Assembly: GCA_964035575.1 (NCBI GenBank)
Contig: OZ037839.1
Coordinates: 1,612,001-1,676,000, forward strand
DNA length: 64,000 bases
Direction of reading: 5' to 3'
Source of the DNA: Rhynchopus sp. YZ270_cl-10
Taxonomy: Eukaryota
In this document: positions 28,501 to 39,125 of the stretch, one piece after another
Numbering within the stretch: position 1 is the first letter of the stretch
How the letters are laid out: every line of letters begins with the position of its first letter
Position numbers and translations under genes: made by a program
The notes under the pieces: model-generated
Seen by the model: only the letters and a program-made list of their open reading frames with translations
The model's database searches: none
Told to the model about the DNA's origin: nothing

Positions 28501-31500
28501 CCACTAATTAAATCGAGCAAAAATATGGTGAACTCAGCGGAGCCCGGTTTTAAAAGTGCCAAAAACGACCTTTTCGTTTTGACGCGTTGTGAGTTCCTCA
28601 AATGCAATTTTGAAGGGTAAAAAATTCGGGTTTTCTAAGCACATGCAGTGCTAAGTTAAAAAAAATCGCGAAAAAAAAATACAAAAATTTTGTGTTGGAA
28701 GCTCGGAACCCAGAAACGTCCAATGGTGAAGTTTTTTTCTGGTTTCGTTGCACCCTGTATTTTTACTTAAAAATCAAGACAAAGTGATTTTTACCTGGAT
28801 TTTTGCCTGTATTTTACTAGGGATTTTCCCTTAGTAAAATACAGGGGAATTATCTAACACCTCGTCCCGAGTTTTTGTCCGAGAATGCGATTACTAATTA
28901 GTTACTCCACTAATTAAATCGAGCAAAAATATGGTGAACTCAGCGGAGCCCGGTTTTAAAAGTGCCAAAAACGACCTTTTCGTTTTGACGCGTTGTGAGT
29001 TCCTCAAATGCAATTTTGAAGGGTAAAAAATTCGGGTTTTCTAAGCACATGCAGTGCTAAGTTAAAAAAAATCGCGAAAAAAAAATACAAAAATTTTGTG
29101 TTGGAAGCTCGGAACCCAGAAACGTCCAATGGTGAAGTTTTTTTCTGGTTTCGTTGCACCCTGTATTTTTACTTAAAAATCAAGACAAAGTGATTTTTAC
29201 CTGGATTTTTGCCTGTATTTTACTAGGGATTTTCCCTTAGTAAAATACAGGGGAATTATCTAACACCTCGTCCCGAGTTTTTGTCCGAGAATGCGATTAC
29301 TAATTAGTTACTCCACTAATTAAATCGAGCAAAAATATGGTGAACTCAGCGGAGCCCGGTTTTAAAAGTGCCAAAAACGACCTTTTCGTTTTGACGCGTT
29401 GTGAGTTCCTCAAATGCAATTTTGAAGGGTAAAAAATTCGGGTTTTCTAAGCACATGCAGTGCTAAGTTAAAAAAAATCGCGAAAAAAAAATACAAAAAT
29501 TTTGTGTTGGAAGCTCGGAACCCAGAAACGTCCAATGGTGAAGTTTTTTTCTGGTTTCGTTGCACCCTGTATTTTTACTTAAAAATCAAGACAAAGTGAT
29601 TTTTACCTGGATTTTTGCCTGTATTTTACTAGGGATTTTCCCTTAGTAAAATACAGGGGAATTATCTAACACCTCGTCCCGAGTTTTTGTCCGAGAATGC
29701 GATTACTAATTAGTTACTCCACTAATTAAATCGAGCAAAAATATGGTGAACTCAGCGGAGCCCGGTTTTAAAAGTGCCAAAAACGACCTTTTCGTTTTGA
29801 CGCGTTGTGAGTTCCTCAAATGCAATTTTGAAGGGTAAAAAATTCGGGTTTTCTAAGCACATGCAGTGCTAAGTTAAAAAAAATCGCGAAAAAAAAATAC
29901 AAAAATTTTGTGTTGGAAGCTCGGAACCCAGAAACGTCCAATGGTGAAGTTTTTTTCTGGTTTCGTTGCACCCTGTATTTTTACTTAAAAATCAAGACAA
30001 AGTGATTTTTACCTGGATTTTTGCCTGTATTTTACTAGGGATTTTCCCTTAGTAAAATACAGGGGAATTATCTAACACCTCGTCCCGAGTTTTTGTCCGA
30101 GAATGCGATTACTAATTAGTTACTCCACTAATTAAATCGAGCAAAAATATGGTGAACTCAGCGGAGCCCGGTTTCAAAAGTGCCAAAAACGACCTTTTCG
30201 TTTTGACGCGTTGTGAGTTCCTCAAATGCAATTTTGAAGGGTAAAAAATTCGGGTTTTCTAAGCACATGCAGTGCTAAGTTAAAAAAAATCGCGAAAAAA
30301 AAATACAAAAATTTTGTGTTGGAAGCTCGGAACCCAGAAACGTCCAATGGTGAAGTTTTTTTCTGGTTTCGTTGCACCCTGTATTTTTACTTAAAAATCA
30401 AGACAAAGTGATTTTTACCTGGATTTTTGCCTGTATTTTACTAGGGATTTTCCCTTAGTAAAATACAGGGGAATTATCTAACACCTCGTCCCGAGTTTTT
30501 GTCCGAGAATGCGATTACTAATTAGTTACTCCACTAATTAAATCGAGCAAAAATATGGTGAACTCAGCGGAGCCCGGTTTTAAAAGTGCCAAAAACGACC
30601 TTTTCGTTTTGACGCGTTGTGAGTTCCTCAAATGCAATTTTGAAGGGTAAAAAATTCGGGTTTTCTAAGCACATGCAGTGCTAAGTTAAAAAAAATCGCG
30701 AAAAAAAAATACAAAAATTTTGTGTTGGAAGCTCGGAACCCAGAAACGTCCAATGGTGAAGTTTTTTTCTGGTTTCGTTGCACCCTGTATTTTTACTTAA
30801 AAATCAAGACAAAGTGATTTTTACCTGGATTTTTGCCTGTATTTTACTAGGGATTTTCCCTTAGTAAAATACAGGGGAATTATCTAACACCTCGTCCCGA
30901 GTTTTTGTCCGAGAATGCGATTACTAATTAGTTACTCCACTAATTAAATCGAGCAAAAATATGGTGAACTCAGCGGAGCCCGGTTTTAAAAGTGCCAAAA
31001 ACGACCTTTTCGTTTTGACGCGTTGTGAGTTCCTCAAATGCAATTTTGAAGGGTAAAAAATTCGGGTTTTCTAAGCACATGCAGTGCTAAGTTAAAAAAA
31101 ATCGCGAAAAAAAAATACAAAAATTTTGTGTTGGAAGCTCGGAACCCAGAAACGTCCAATGGTGAAGTTTTTTTCTGGTTTCGTTGCACCCTGTATTTTT
31201 ACTTAAAAATCAAGACAAAGTGATTTTTACCTGGATTTTTGCCTGTATTTTACTAGGGATTTTCCCTTAGTAAAATACAGGGGAATTATCTAACACCTCG
31301 TCCCGAGTTTTTGTCCGAGAATGCGATTACTAATTAGTTACTCCACTAATTAAATCGAGCAAAAATATGGTGAACTCAGCGGAGCCCGGTTTTAAAAGTG
31401 CCAAAAACGACCTTTTCGTTTTGACGCGTTGTGAGTTCCTCAAATGCAATTTTGAAGGGTAAAAAATTCGGGTTTTCTAAGCACATGCAGTGCTAAGTTA

Positions 31501-33947
31501 AAAAAAATCGCGAAAAAAAAATACAAAAATTTTGTGTTGGAAGCTCGGAACCCAGAAACGTCCAATGGTGAAGTTTTTTTCTGGTTTCGTTGCACCCTGT
31601 ATTTTTACTTAAAAATCAAGACAAAGTGATTTTTACCTGGATTTTTGCCTGTATTTTACTAGGGATTTTCCCTTAGTAAAATACAGGGGAATTATCTAAC
31701 ACCTCGTCCCGAGTTTTTGTCCGAGAATGCGATTACTAATTAGTTACTCCACTAATTAAATCGAGCAAAAATATGGTGAACTCAGCGGAGCCCGGTTTTA
31801 AAAGTGCCAAAAACGACCTTTTCGTTTTGACGCGTTGTGAGTTCCTCAAATGCAATTTTGAAGGGTAAAAAATTCGGGTTTTCTAAGCACATGCAGTGCT
31901 AAGTTAAAAAAAATCGCGAAAAAAAAATACAAAAATTTTGTGTTGGAAGCTCGGAACCCAGAAACGTCCAATGGTGAAGTTTTTTTCTGGTTTCGTTGCA
32001 CCCTGTATTTTTACTTAAAAATCAAGACAAAGTGATTTTTACCTGGATTTTTGCCTGTATTTTACTAGGGATTTTCCCTTAGTAAAATACAGGGGAATTA
32101 TCTAACACCTCGTCCCGAGTTTTTGTCCGAGAATGCGATTACTAATTAGTTACTCCACTAATTAAATCGAGCAAAAATATGGTGAACTCAGCGGAGCCCG
32201 GTTTTAAAAGTGCCAAAAACGACCTTTTCGTTTTGACGCGTTGTGAGTTCCTCAAATGCAATTTTGAAGGGTAAAAAATTCGGGTTTTCTAAGCACATGC
32301 AGTGCTAAGTTAAAAAAAATCGCGAAAAAAAAATACAAAAATTTTGTGTTGGAAGCTCGGAACCCAGAAACGTCCAATGGTGAAGTTTTTTTCTGGTTTC
32401 GTTGCACCCTGTATTTTTACTTAAAAATCAAGACAAAGTGATTTTTACCTGGATTTTTGCCTGTATTTTACTAGGGATTTTCCCTTAGTAAAATACAGGG
32501 GAATTATCTAACACCTCGTCCCGAGTTTTTGTCCGAGAATGCGATTACTAATTAGTTACTCCACTAATTAAATCGAGCAAAAATATGGTGAACTCAGCGG
32601 AGCCCGGTTTTAAAAGTGCCAAAAACGACCTTTTCGTTTTGACGCGTTGTGAGTTCCTCAAATGCAATTTTGAAGGGTAAAAAATTCGGGTTTTCTAAGC
32701 ACATGCAGTGCTAAGTTAAAAAAAATCGCGAAAAAAAAATACAAAAATTTTGTGTTGGAAGCTCGGAACCCAGAAACGTCCAATGGTGAAGTTTTTTTCT
32801 GGTTTCGTTGCACCCTGTATTTTTACTTAAAAATCAAGACAAAGTGATTTTTACCTGGATTTTTGCCTGTATTTTACTAGGGATTTTCCCTTAGTAAAAT
32901 ACAGGGGAATTATCTAACACCTCGTCCCGAGTTTTTGTCCGAGAATGCGATTACTAATTAGTTACTCCACTAATTAAATCGAGCAAAAATATGGTGAACT
33001 CAGCGGAGCCCGGTTTTAAAAGTGCCAAAAACGACCTTTTCGTTTTGACGCGTTGTGAGTTCCTCAAATGCAATTTTGAAGGGTAAAAAATTCGGGTTTT
33101 CTAAGCACATGCAGTGCTAAGTTAAAAAAAATCGCGAAAAAAAAATACAAAAATTTTGTGTTGGAAGCTCGGAACCCAGAAACGTCCAATGGTGAAGTTT
33201 TTTTCTGGTTTCGTTGCACCCTGTATTTTTACTTAAAAATCAAGACAAAGTGATTTTTACCTGGATTTTTGCCTGTATTTTACTAGGGATTTTCCCTTAG
33301 TAAAATACAGGGGAATTATCTAACACCTCGTCCCGAGTTTTTGTCCGAGAATGCGATTACTAATTAGTTACTCCACTAATTAAATCGAGCAAAAATATGG
33401 TGAACTCAGCGGAGCCCGGTTTTAAAAGTGCCAAAAACGACCTTTTCGTTTTGACGCGTTGTGAGTTCCTCAAATGCAATTTTGAAGGGTAAAAAATTCG
33501 GGTTTTCTAAGCACATGCAGTGCTAAGTTAAAAAAAATCGCGAAAAAAAAATACAAAAATTTTGTGTTGGAAGCTCGGAACCCAGAAACGTCCAATGGTG
33601 AAGTTTTTTTCTGGTTTCGTTGCACCCTGTATTTTTACTTAAAAATCAAGACAAAGTGATTTTTACCTGGATTTTTGCCTGTATTTTACTAGGGATTTTC
33701 CCTTAGTAAAATACAGGGGAATTATCTAACACCTCGTCCCGAGTTTTTGTCCGAGAATGCGATTACTAATTAGTTACTCCACTAATTAAATCGAGCAAAA
33801 ATATGGTGAACTCAGCGGAGCCCGGTTTTAAAAGTGCCAAAAACGACCTTTTCGTTTTGACGCGTTGTGAGTTCCTCAAATGCAATTTTGAAGGGTAAAA
33901 AATTCGGGTTTTCTAAGCACATGCAGTGCTAAGTTAAAAAAAATCGC
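1..33947. repeat. 406-bp tandem satellite, ~83 units in window (starts before window), near-identical copies
   Basis: CCTGTATTTTACTAGGG recurs at 1, 407, 813 and onward. Differences seen are almost all homopolymer indels (mainly 10458-13320) plus one T>C at 30175. The array stops at ...AAATCGC 33947. Confidence 0.99.
10258..10457. other. Assembly gap (200 N) inside the satellite, followed by a probably artefactual poly(A) run
   Basis: 200 N, then an A-run at 10458-10509 replacing the AAAAA of the unit. Indel noise is concentrated in the units just after the gap. Confidence 0.97.
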
Positions 33948-34034
33948 TGGGGGGCTCCGCCCCCCAGACCCCCCAGTCGCTTCGCGGCTAAGGGCTGGGC
34001 TAAGCCTGCCCTTCGCCGCGAAGCGCCTGGGGGG
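33947..34034. other. Two adjacent GC-rich hairpins at the satellite boundary
   Basis: CTGGGGGGC-tcc-GCCCCCCAG (33947-33967), followed by nested stems CCCCCCAG/CTGGGGGG, CGCTTCGCGGC/GCCGCGAAGCG and AAGGGC/GCCCTT (33969-34034). Confidence 0.85.
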
Positions 34035-34595
34035 ATGTGGTGTGTAGCATTACAATGTGCAATGATTGCAGTCGTGAAGTATCTGGAGTTACACCGTTGT
34101 GAGGCGTGGAACCTCACAACTTTCCTCTCGTGAGCGACAGAGGTGTGAGTCGTTGCATCACAACACCGTAGAGGTCGTATTTGTACCTTCTTTGCGACAC
34201 TCGTGACCTATCGCTATCGCGAGGGAGGCTCATTTTATTTACTGTGCGACGCTGCTGATTTCGACACGTTGCCGAAGAAGCGATCGCGCTCTCTTCCTAT
34301 TGCGCTCTCTCTGTGTGATTTTGTGTATCCCAAAAGGAGTAATTACCCGAAACATTTTGCCTAAACGTGTGAACGTTGTGAACCTGGAGTCGCTAGCAGA
34401 CAGGAAAAAGAGGATGGGCAGGCAGCGTCTGCCCGACCTGTGTGAAGTGAATAAGTGATTACCTGACAGATGTCTGGGTATCCGTGTGTTCTGTGTGGGT
34501 ATCCATGTCCGGAGTATGTCCCATTGTCCCCCCACCCCCACCAATTGCAAAAAACCGTGAGGGTGCACGATGGCCCATGGACCACCACGTCCTAG

Positions 34596-34785
34596 TTACC
34601 ACCTATGACTAGTCATATGACAAGGTGGATGGCCAGTTACATGACAAGACTAACTAAAGACAAGACCCCTGTATGTAATGAGTGGCGTTAGGCCTTGTCA
34701 TTTGACAGGGGTCTTGTCATTATTTAATCTTGTCATGTAACTAGTCATACCCCTTGTCATTGCTCATACTCGGTTGTGGTGTAAC
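34596..34785. repeat. ~190-bp imperfect foldback built from ATGACAAG/CTTGTCAT motifs
   Basis: AGTTACATGACAAGA/TCTTGTCATGTAACT, GACAAGACCCCTGT/ACAGGGGTCTTGTC and ATGACAAGG/CCTTGTCAT are nested symmetrically around ~34690. Confidence 0.8.
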
Positions 34786-34939
34786 GTACCCTTTGGGGGA
34801 GCACCCCAAATACACGACGGTGAAGTAAACGACATGACATTGTGCTTTACATGTAATTTTTTTTACATGTAAACCACATGTCATTTTATATGTAGTGATT
34901 TTTGTCTGAGGAGATTAGCCTCTGCATATTTTTGTCCAG

Positions 34940-35221
34940 CTGTACTGTACTGTACTGTACTGTACTGTACTGTACTGTACTGTACTGTACTGTACTGTAC
35001 TGTACTGTACTGTACTGTACTGTACTGTACTGTACTGTACTGTACTGTACTGTACTGTACTGTACTGTACTGTACTGTACTGTACTGTACTGTACTGTAC
35101 TGTACTGTACTGTACTGTACTGTACTGTACTGTACTGTACTGTACTGTACTGTACTGTACTGTACTGTACTGTACTGTACTGTACTGTACTGTACTGTAC
35201 TGTACTGTACTGTACTGTACT
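34940..35221. repeat. (CTGTA)n microsatellite, ~56 copies
   Basis: Perfect 5-bp period. Confidence 0.98.
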
Positions 35222-35230
35222 CCCAATCCC

Positions 35231-35517
35231 CTGTGTATACTGTGTATACTGTGTATACTGTGTATACTGTGTATACTGTGTATACTGTGTATACTGTGTA
35301 TACTGTGTATACTGTGTATACTGTGTATACTGTGTATACTGTGTATACTGTGTATACTGTGTATACTGTGTATACTGTGTATACTGTGTATACTGTGTAT
35401 ACTGTGTATACTGTGTATACTGTGTATACTGTGTATACTGTGTATACTGTGTATACTGTGTATACTGTGTATACTGTGTATACTGTGTATACTGTGTATA
35501 CTGTGTATACTGTGTAT
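35231..35517. repeat. (CTGTGTATA)n microsatellite, ~32 copies
   Basis: Perfect 9-bp period, 9 bp downstream of the CTGTA tract. Confidence 0.98.
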
Positions 35518-35912
35518 GCTACCTGTGTGTGACCGTACCCCAGATGGTCTGAAGAGTGATCTGACCATATTCTCCAGGTACAATATATACCCGGAGAATC
35601 CATTGGAGCAAGAATTTTGCACTTTTGAGCACCACAGATTACATGTTGCCATTTTTGCGGTCATAATATTTTTGCAAATGGCAAAGGCAATCCTTAAGGA
35701 ATTACAGGGAAAACCACCGTTTTGGGTCTCTCTGTCTATGGGCGATTGGGTTTTAGTCACTCAACGAATCTGCTCGAATTTTTTTGTGTGTAGATAGGTT
35801 TTACCAGAAAAATCAATTAAAGCAAGAATTTTACGGTTTTGAATAGTTGTTCTTTATTTAAAAAAATACCCAGTTTGGACAAAAACTCAGGACCAAGTGT
35901 AAAAACGTTTAT

Positions 35913-37362
35913 CGAAGCGAGGTTGGCAACTGTGAAGGATCCTGAGGTGGCTTCTCTGCTTCTTCAGGCGGAGGTTGCGACTGTTATTCCGACCTCGTTC
36001 TTGAGCGAAGCATCGTTTACGAGACTTGATCTCTCTGCTGTGTCTGTTGTGACGCGAATTGAGCACGACTTCCTCTACGGGTGTGCGTCGGTGGAAACCG
36101 TTGACTTGTCGGCATTGTGCAACGTTACGCACATTGGGAATAACTGTCTCTCTTACAGCAAATCGTTGACAAGCCTTGACATGTCAGGGTTCACTGGTGT
36201 GACGGTGATACGGGAGTCGTTCCTCAAAGGAAGTGGCGTGACAGCGCTTGACTTATCCGCGATGACGAGTGTGACGGAGGTTGGTGCAGGCTTTCTTTAC
36301 TCCTGCAAGTCGTTGGAAAGGATTGACATCTCAGGATGGCGCAGAGTCACGCACATTGAGAAGGACTTCTTCACGAACTGCACCTCGTTGGCAACGATTG
36401 ATTTATCAGCTTTTTGCAGTGTCACCAATATCGGCTTCAGGTTTCTCTTCAACTGCAAGTCGTTGACCACCATCAGCTTTTCAGGGACGAATGTGACGGA
36501 AGTTGCGAGTCAATTTTGTAGGGCCTGCACCTCGTTGGAAACGATTGACTTGACAGCACTGCACAGAGTTGTGAAGGTAGGGTACAACTTTCTCTGGGGT
36601 TGCACCTCGCTGGGAAGTATCGACCTACCAGGTTTTGCATCCATCGGGCCCAACTTTCTTTTTCAGTGCACATCATTGAAAACAGTTGATTTATCAGTGT
36701 TGTGCAGCATCACGCACATTGAGCGTGGCTGGATGCAAGAGTGCTCCGCGTTGACAACAGCAGACTTCTCTGGACTGAGCAATGTTACGCAGATTGATGA
36801 ACGTTTCCTGCAAGATTGCACATCCTTGACTACGCTGGACATGTCAGGTTTTGGCAGGAATACAGAGATACAACACGACAGCCTGCTCAACTGCAACGCA
36901 CTCACAACAGTCGTCTTGCCAGGCAACATCGACATTGACGAGATGTTGTCTCTCCCGAATGGAGACCCTAGAATGAGCACCTACAAGGAGGCCTTCTATG
37001 TACGTGTGCGTGAGATTTACGCAAGGTTTACGGAACAGTTCGAAGATGTGCGGATAGAAGCTTTTGAGGCAGTACGAACAGACGTGTCTGGAGATGCAAG
37101 ACAATGTATTGCATTGAAAGCAGGACAAGAACGAGAGAAGGGATTGATGCAAGCACAAGAGGACAACAAAGAGGAACAAAAAGAGGATTTGGAGAGTTGG
37201 GGGCAGCATAAACAGGAGCAGGACAAGCTGGATGAACAGAGGGGTTTGGGGGTTTTGTGCAGTTATGTTACGAATACTTCAGTCATAATATTCAACTTCA
37301 GTTTTGGATACACCTGTAAGCTCCTGATAAGGGTCTTATTTACACTTTCTCTCGCAAGATGA
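35913..37362 (+). pseudogene. Ubl-LRR family copy A, 5'-truncated (Ubl domain missing), LRR frame still open
   Basis: Homology to the paralogues starts abruptly at CGAAGCGAGG (EARLAT). Upstream is TAAAAACGTTTAT plus the transposon end. About 13 BspA-type LRRs and the conserved EAFYVRVREIYARF tail. Confidence 0.75.
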
Positions 37363-37642
37363 TGGGAAGACAATTCAAGCTTTGGTGCGGAGAGCTGTTT
37401 TGTGTAGTTTTGCATTCGGAATGGAACTAAGATATTCTGCCCACTACTTCCACAACCGTCTGCACAACCTACACCAGCAAACGCCCACAGAGCTGCACAA
37501 CAGCCGGAAGGAATATTTTGGAATGTTTGATGCACAACGTGCGTGCACATCCCTTTTTATGAGCAACCTGTCAGCCCAAAGTCTTTTCTACTCCACATAT
37601 TTGTCAGGGTGAGGATAAGTGAAAAACAAACAAGAACGCTAT

Positions 37643-37716
37643 TTTGTTGTATCTTGTCTCCTTCCTCCTCCTTCTCAACACTTACCCCACAACAGAGCAA
37701 CACTTCACTCGAAACA
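37643..37716 (+). promoter_or_regulatory. Polypyrimidine tract + AG acceptor 21 nt before the ATG (putative trans-splice site), conserved before copies B, C, E, F, G and H
   Basis: TTTTGTTGTATCTTG(T/C)CTCC..CCTTCTCAACACTTACCCCACAACAG|AGCAACACTTCACTCGAAACAATG. No upstream coding exon is needed. Confidence 0.55.
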
Positions 37717-38835
37717 ATGGAACTGTGTGTGCAGGGATATGATGATGACACCAAATACGTGATTGAGGTGGGTGAGAACGACACAACGGAGACGATGCGG
37801 CAGAAGGTGGCGTCTGCAACAGGGTTGTGCGAAGACAGCTTCCGCATGGGCTTCGGAGGGAAGGAGGAAGGAGAGGACATCACAGAACTGAGTGCTGGAG
37901 ACACAGTCGTGTTGACGAAAACTACTAAGTACCAATCTGTTGAGCAACTTCGTGCCTTGGGTGAGACAGACATTTCCGAAGCGAGGTTGGCGACTGTGAC
38001 GGATCCTGAGGTGGCTTCTCTGCTTCTTCAGGCGGAGGTTGCGACTGTTATTCCGAACTGGTTCTTGTACGAAGTATCGTTTACAAGACTTGATCTCTCT
38101 GCTGTGTCTGGCGTCACGCGAATTGAGCAAGGCTTCCTCTACGGGTGTGCGTCGGTGGAAACGGTTGACTTGTCGGGATTGTGCAACGTTACGCACATTG
38201 AGGATGACTTTCTCTCTTACTGCCCATCGTTGAGAAGCCTTGACGTGTCAGGGTTCACTGGTGTGACGGTGATAGGGGATTCGTTCCTCCAAGGAAGTGG
38301 CGTCACAAATCTAGACTTATCCGCGATGACGAGTGTGACGAAGGTTGGTACATACTTTCTTGCCTACTGCCAGTCGTTGGAAAGGATTGACATCTCAGGA
38401 TGGCGCAGAGTCACGCACATTGAGAACTGCTGGCTGCGAGAGTGCTCCGCGTTGACAACAGCAGACTTATCAGGAATGAGCAATGTTACGCAGATAAATG
38501 CAGATTTCCTGCTAGAGTGTACATCCTTGACCACGCTGGACATGTCAGGTTTTGGCAGGAACACAGAGATCCAGGACGACTTCCTGCACAACTGCAACTC
38601 ACTCACAGCAGTCGTCTTGCCAGGCAACATCGACATTGACGAGATGTTGTCTCTCCCGAATGGAGACCCTAGAATGGGCACCTACGAGGAGGCCTTCTAT
38701 GTACGTGTGCGTGAGATTTACGCAAGGTTTACGGAACAGTTCGAAGATGTGCGGATAGAAGCTTTTGAGGCAGTGCGAACAGACGTGTCTGGAAGTGCAA
38801 GACAATGTATTGCACTGAAAGCAGGACCAAAATGA
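37717..38835 (+). CDS. Ubiquitin-like domain + BspA/LRR_5-type LRR protein, copy B (8 LRRs, 372 aa)
   Basis: ATG of MELCVQG follows a polypyrimidine tract and CAG. The N-terminal ~70 aa has a beta-grasp pattern (IEVGENDTTETMRQKVASATGL..FRMGFGG). 25-aa repeats VTxIxxxFLxxCxSLxxxDLS, with LRR6/11 fused by an in-frame deletion. Confidence 0.8.
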   Translation: MELCVQGYDDDTKYVIEVGENDTTETMRQKVASATGLCEDSFRMGFGGKEEGEDITELSAGDTVVLTKTTKYQSVEQLRALGETDISEARLATVTDPEVASLLLQAEVATVIPNWFLYEVSFTRLDLSAVSGVTRIEQGFLYGCASVETVDLSGLCNVTHIEDDFLSYCPSLRSLDVSGFTGVTVIGDSFLQGSGVTNLDLSAMTSVTKVGTYFLAYCQSLERIDISGWRRVTHIENCWLRECSALTTADLSGMSNVTQINADFLLECTSLTTLDMSGFGRNTEIQDDFLHNCNSLTAVVLPGNIDIDEMLSLPNGDPRMGTYEEAFYVRVREIYARFTEQFEDVRIEAFEAVRTDVSGSARQCIALKAGPK

Positions 38836-39125
38836 CAAACAAGAAGAGGATTTGGAGAGTTGGGGGCAGCATGAGCAGGAGCAGAACAAGCTGGATGAAC
38901 CAAGAGGAGGGGATACAACAGCCTCGTGGGCACACCGCTGACGCAACCTTTGAAGCGAGCAGCTAACAATCTTGGTTTTCCTTTTCACGTTTTTCAGTCT
39001 TTTGAGCAACAAATATGAGTAACGAGTCTCTCGAGCATGTTATCCCCCCATTTTGTTGTATCTTGTCTCCCTCCTCCTCCTTCTCAACACTTACCCCACA
39101 ACAGAGCAACACTTCACTCGAAACA

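Larger units (their letters stand above)
33730..35899. mobile_element. Non-autonomous CAC...GTG TIR DNA transposon (CMC/Chapaev3-like ends); the true left end could be any upstream satellite copy
   Basis: CACCTCGTCCCGAGTTTTTGTCC (33730-33752 and once per satellite unit) matches the reverse complement of 35877-35899 (CACTTGGTCCTGAGTTTTTGTCC) at 20/23. TAA flanks both ends (33727-33729, 35900-35902). No transposase ORF. Confidence 0.65.

Noticed and set aside
1..33947. Satellite as an rRNA, snRNA or spliced-leader gene array, or as telomeric repeat
   Set aside because: No 5S, tRNA, spliced-leader or TTAGGG-array sequence was recognisable in the unit on either strand.
34881..35760. Long ORFs through the microsatellites (YTV, VQYST repeats)
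   Set aside because: These are stop-free simple repeats, open in several frames on both strands.
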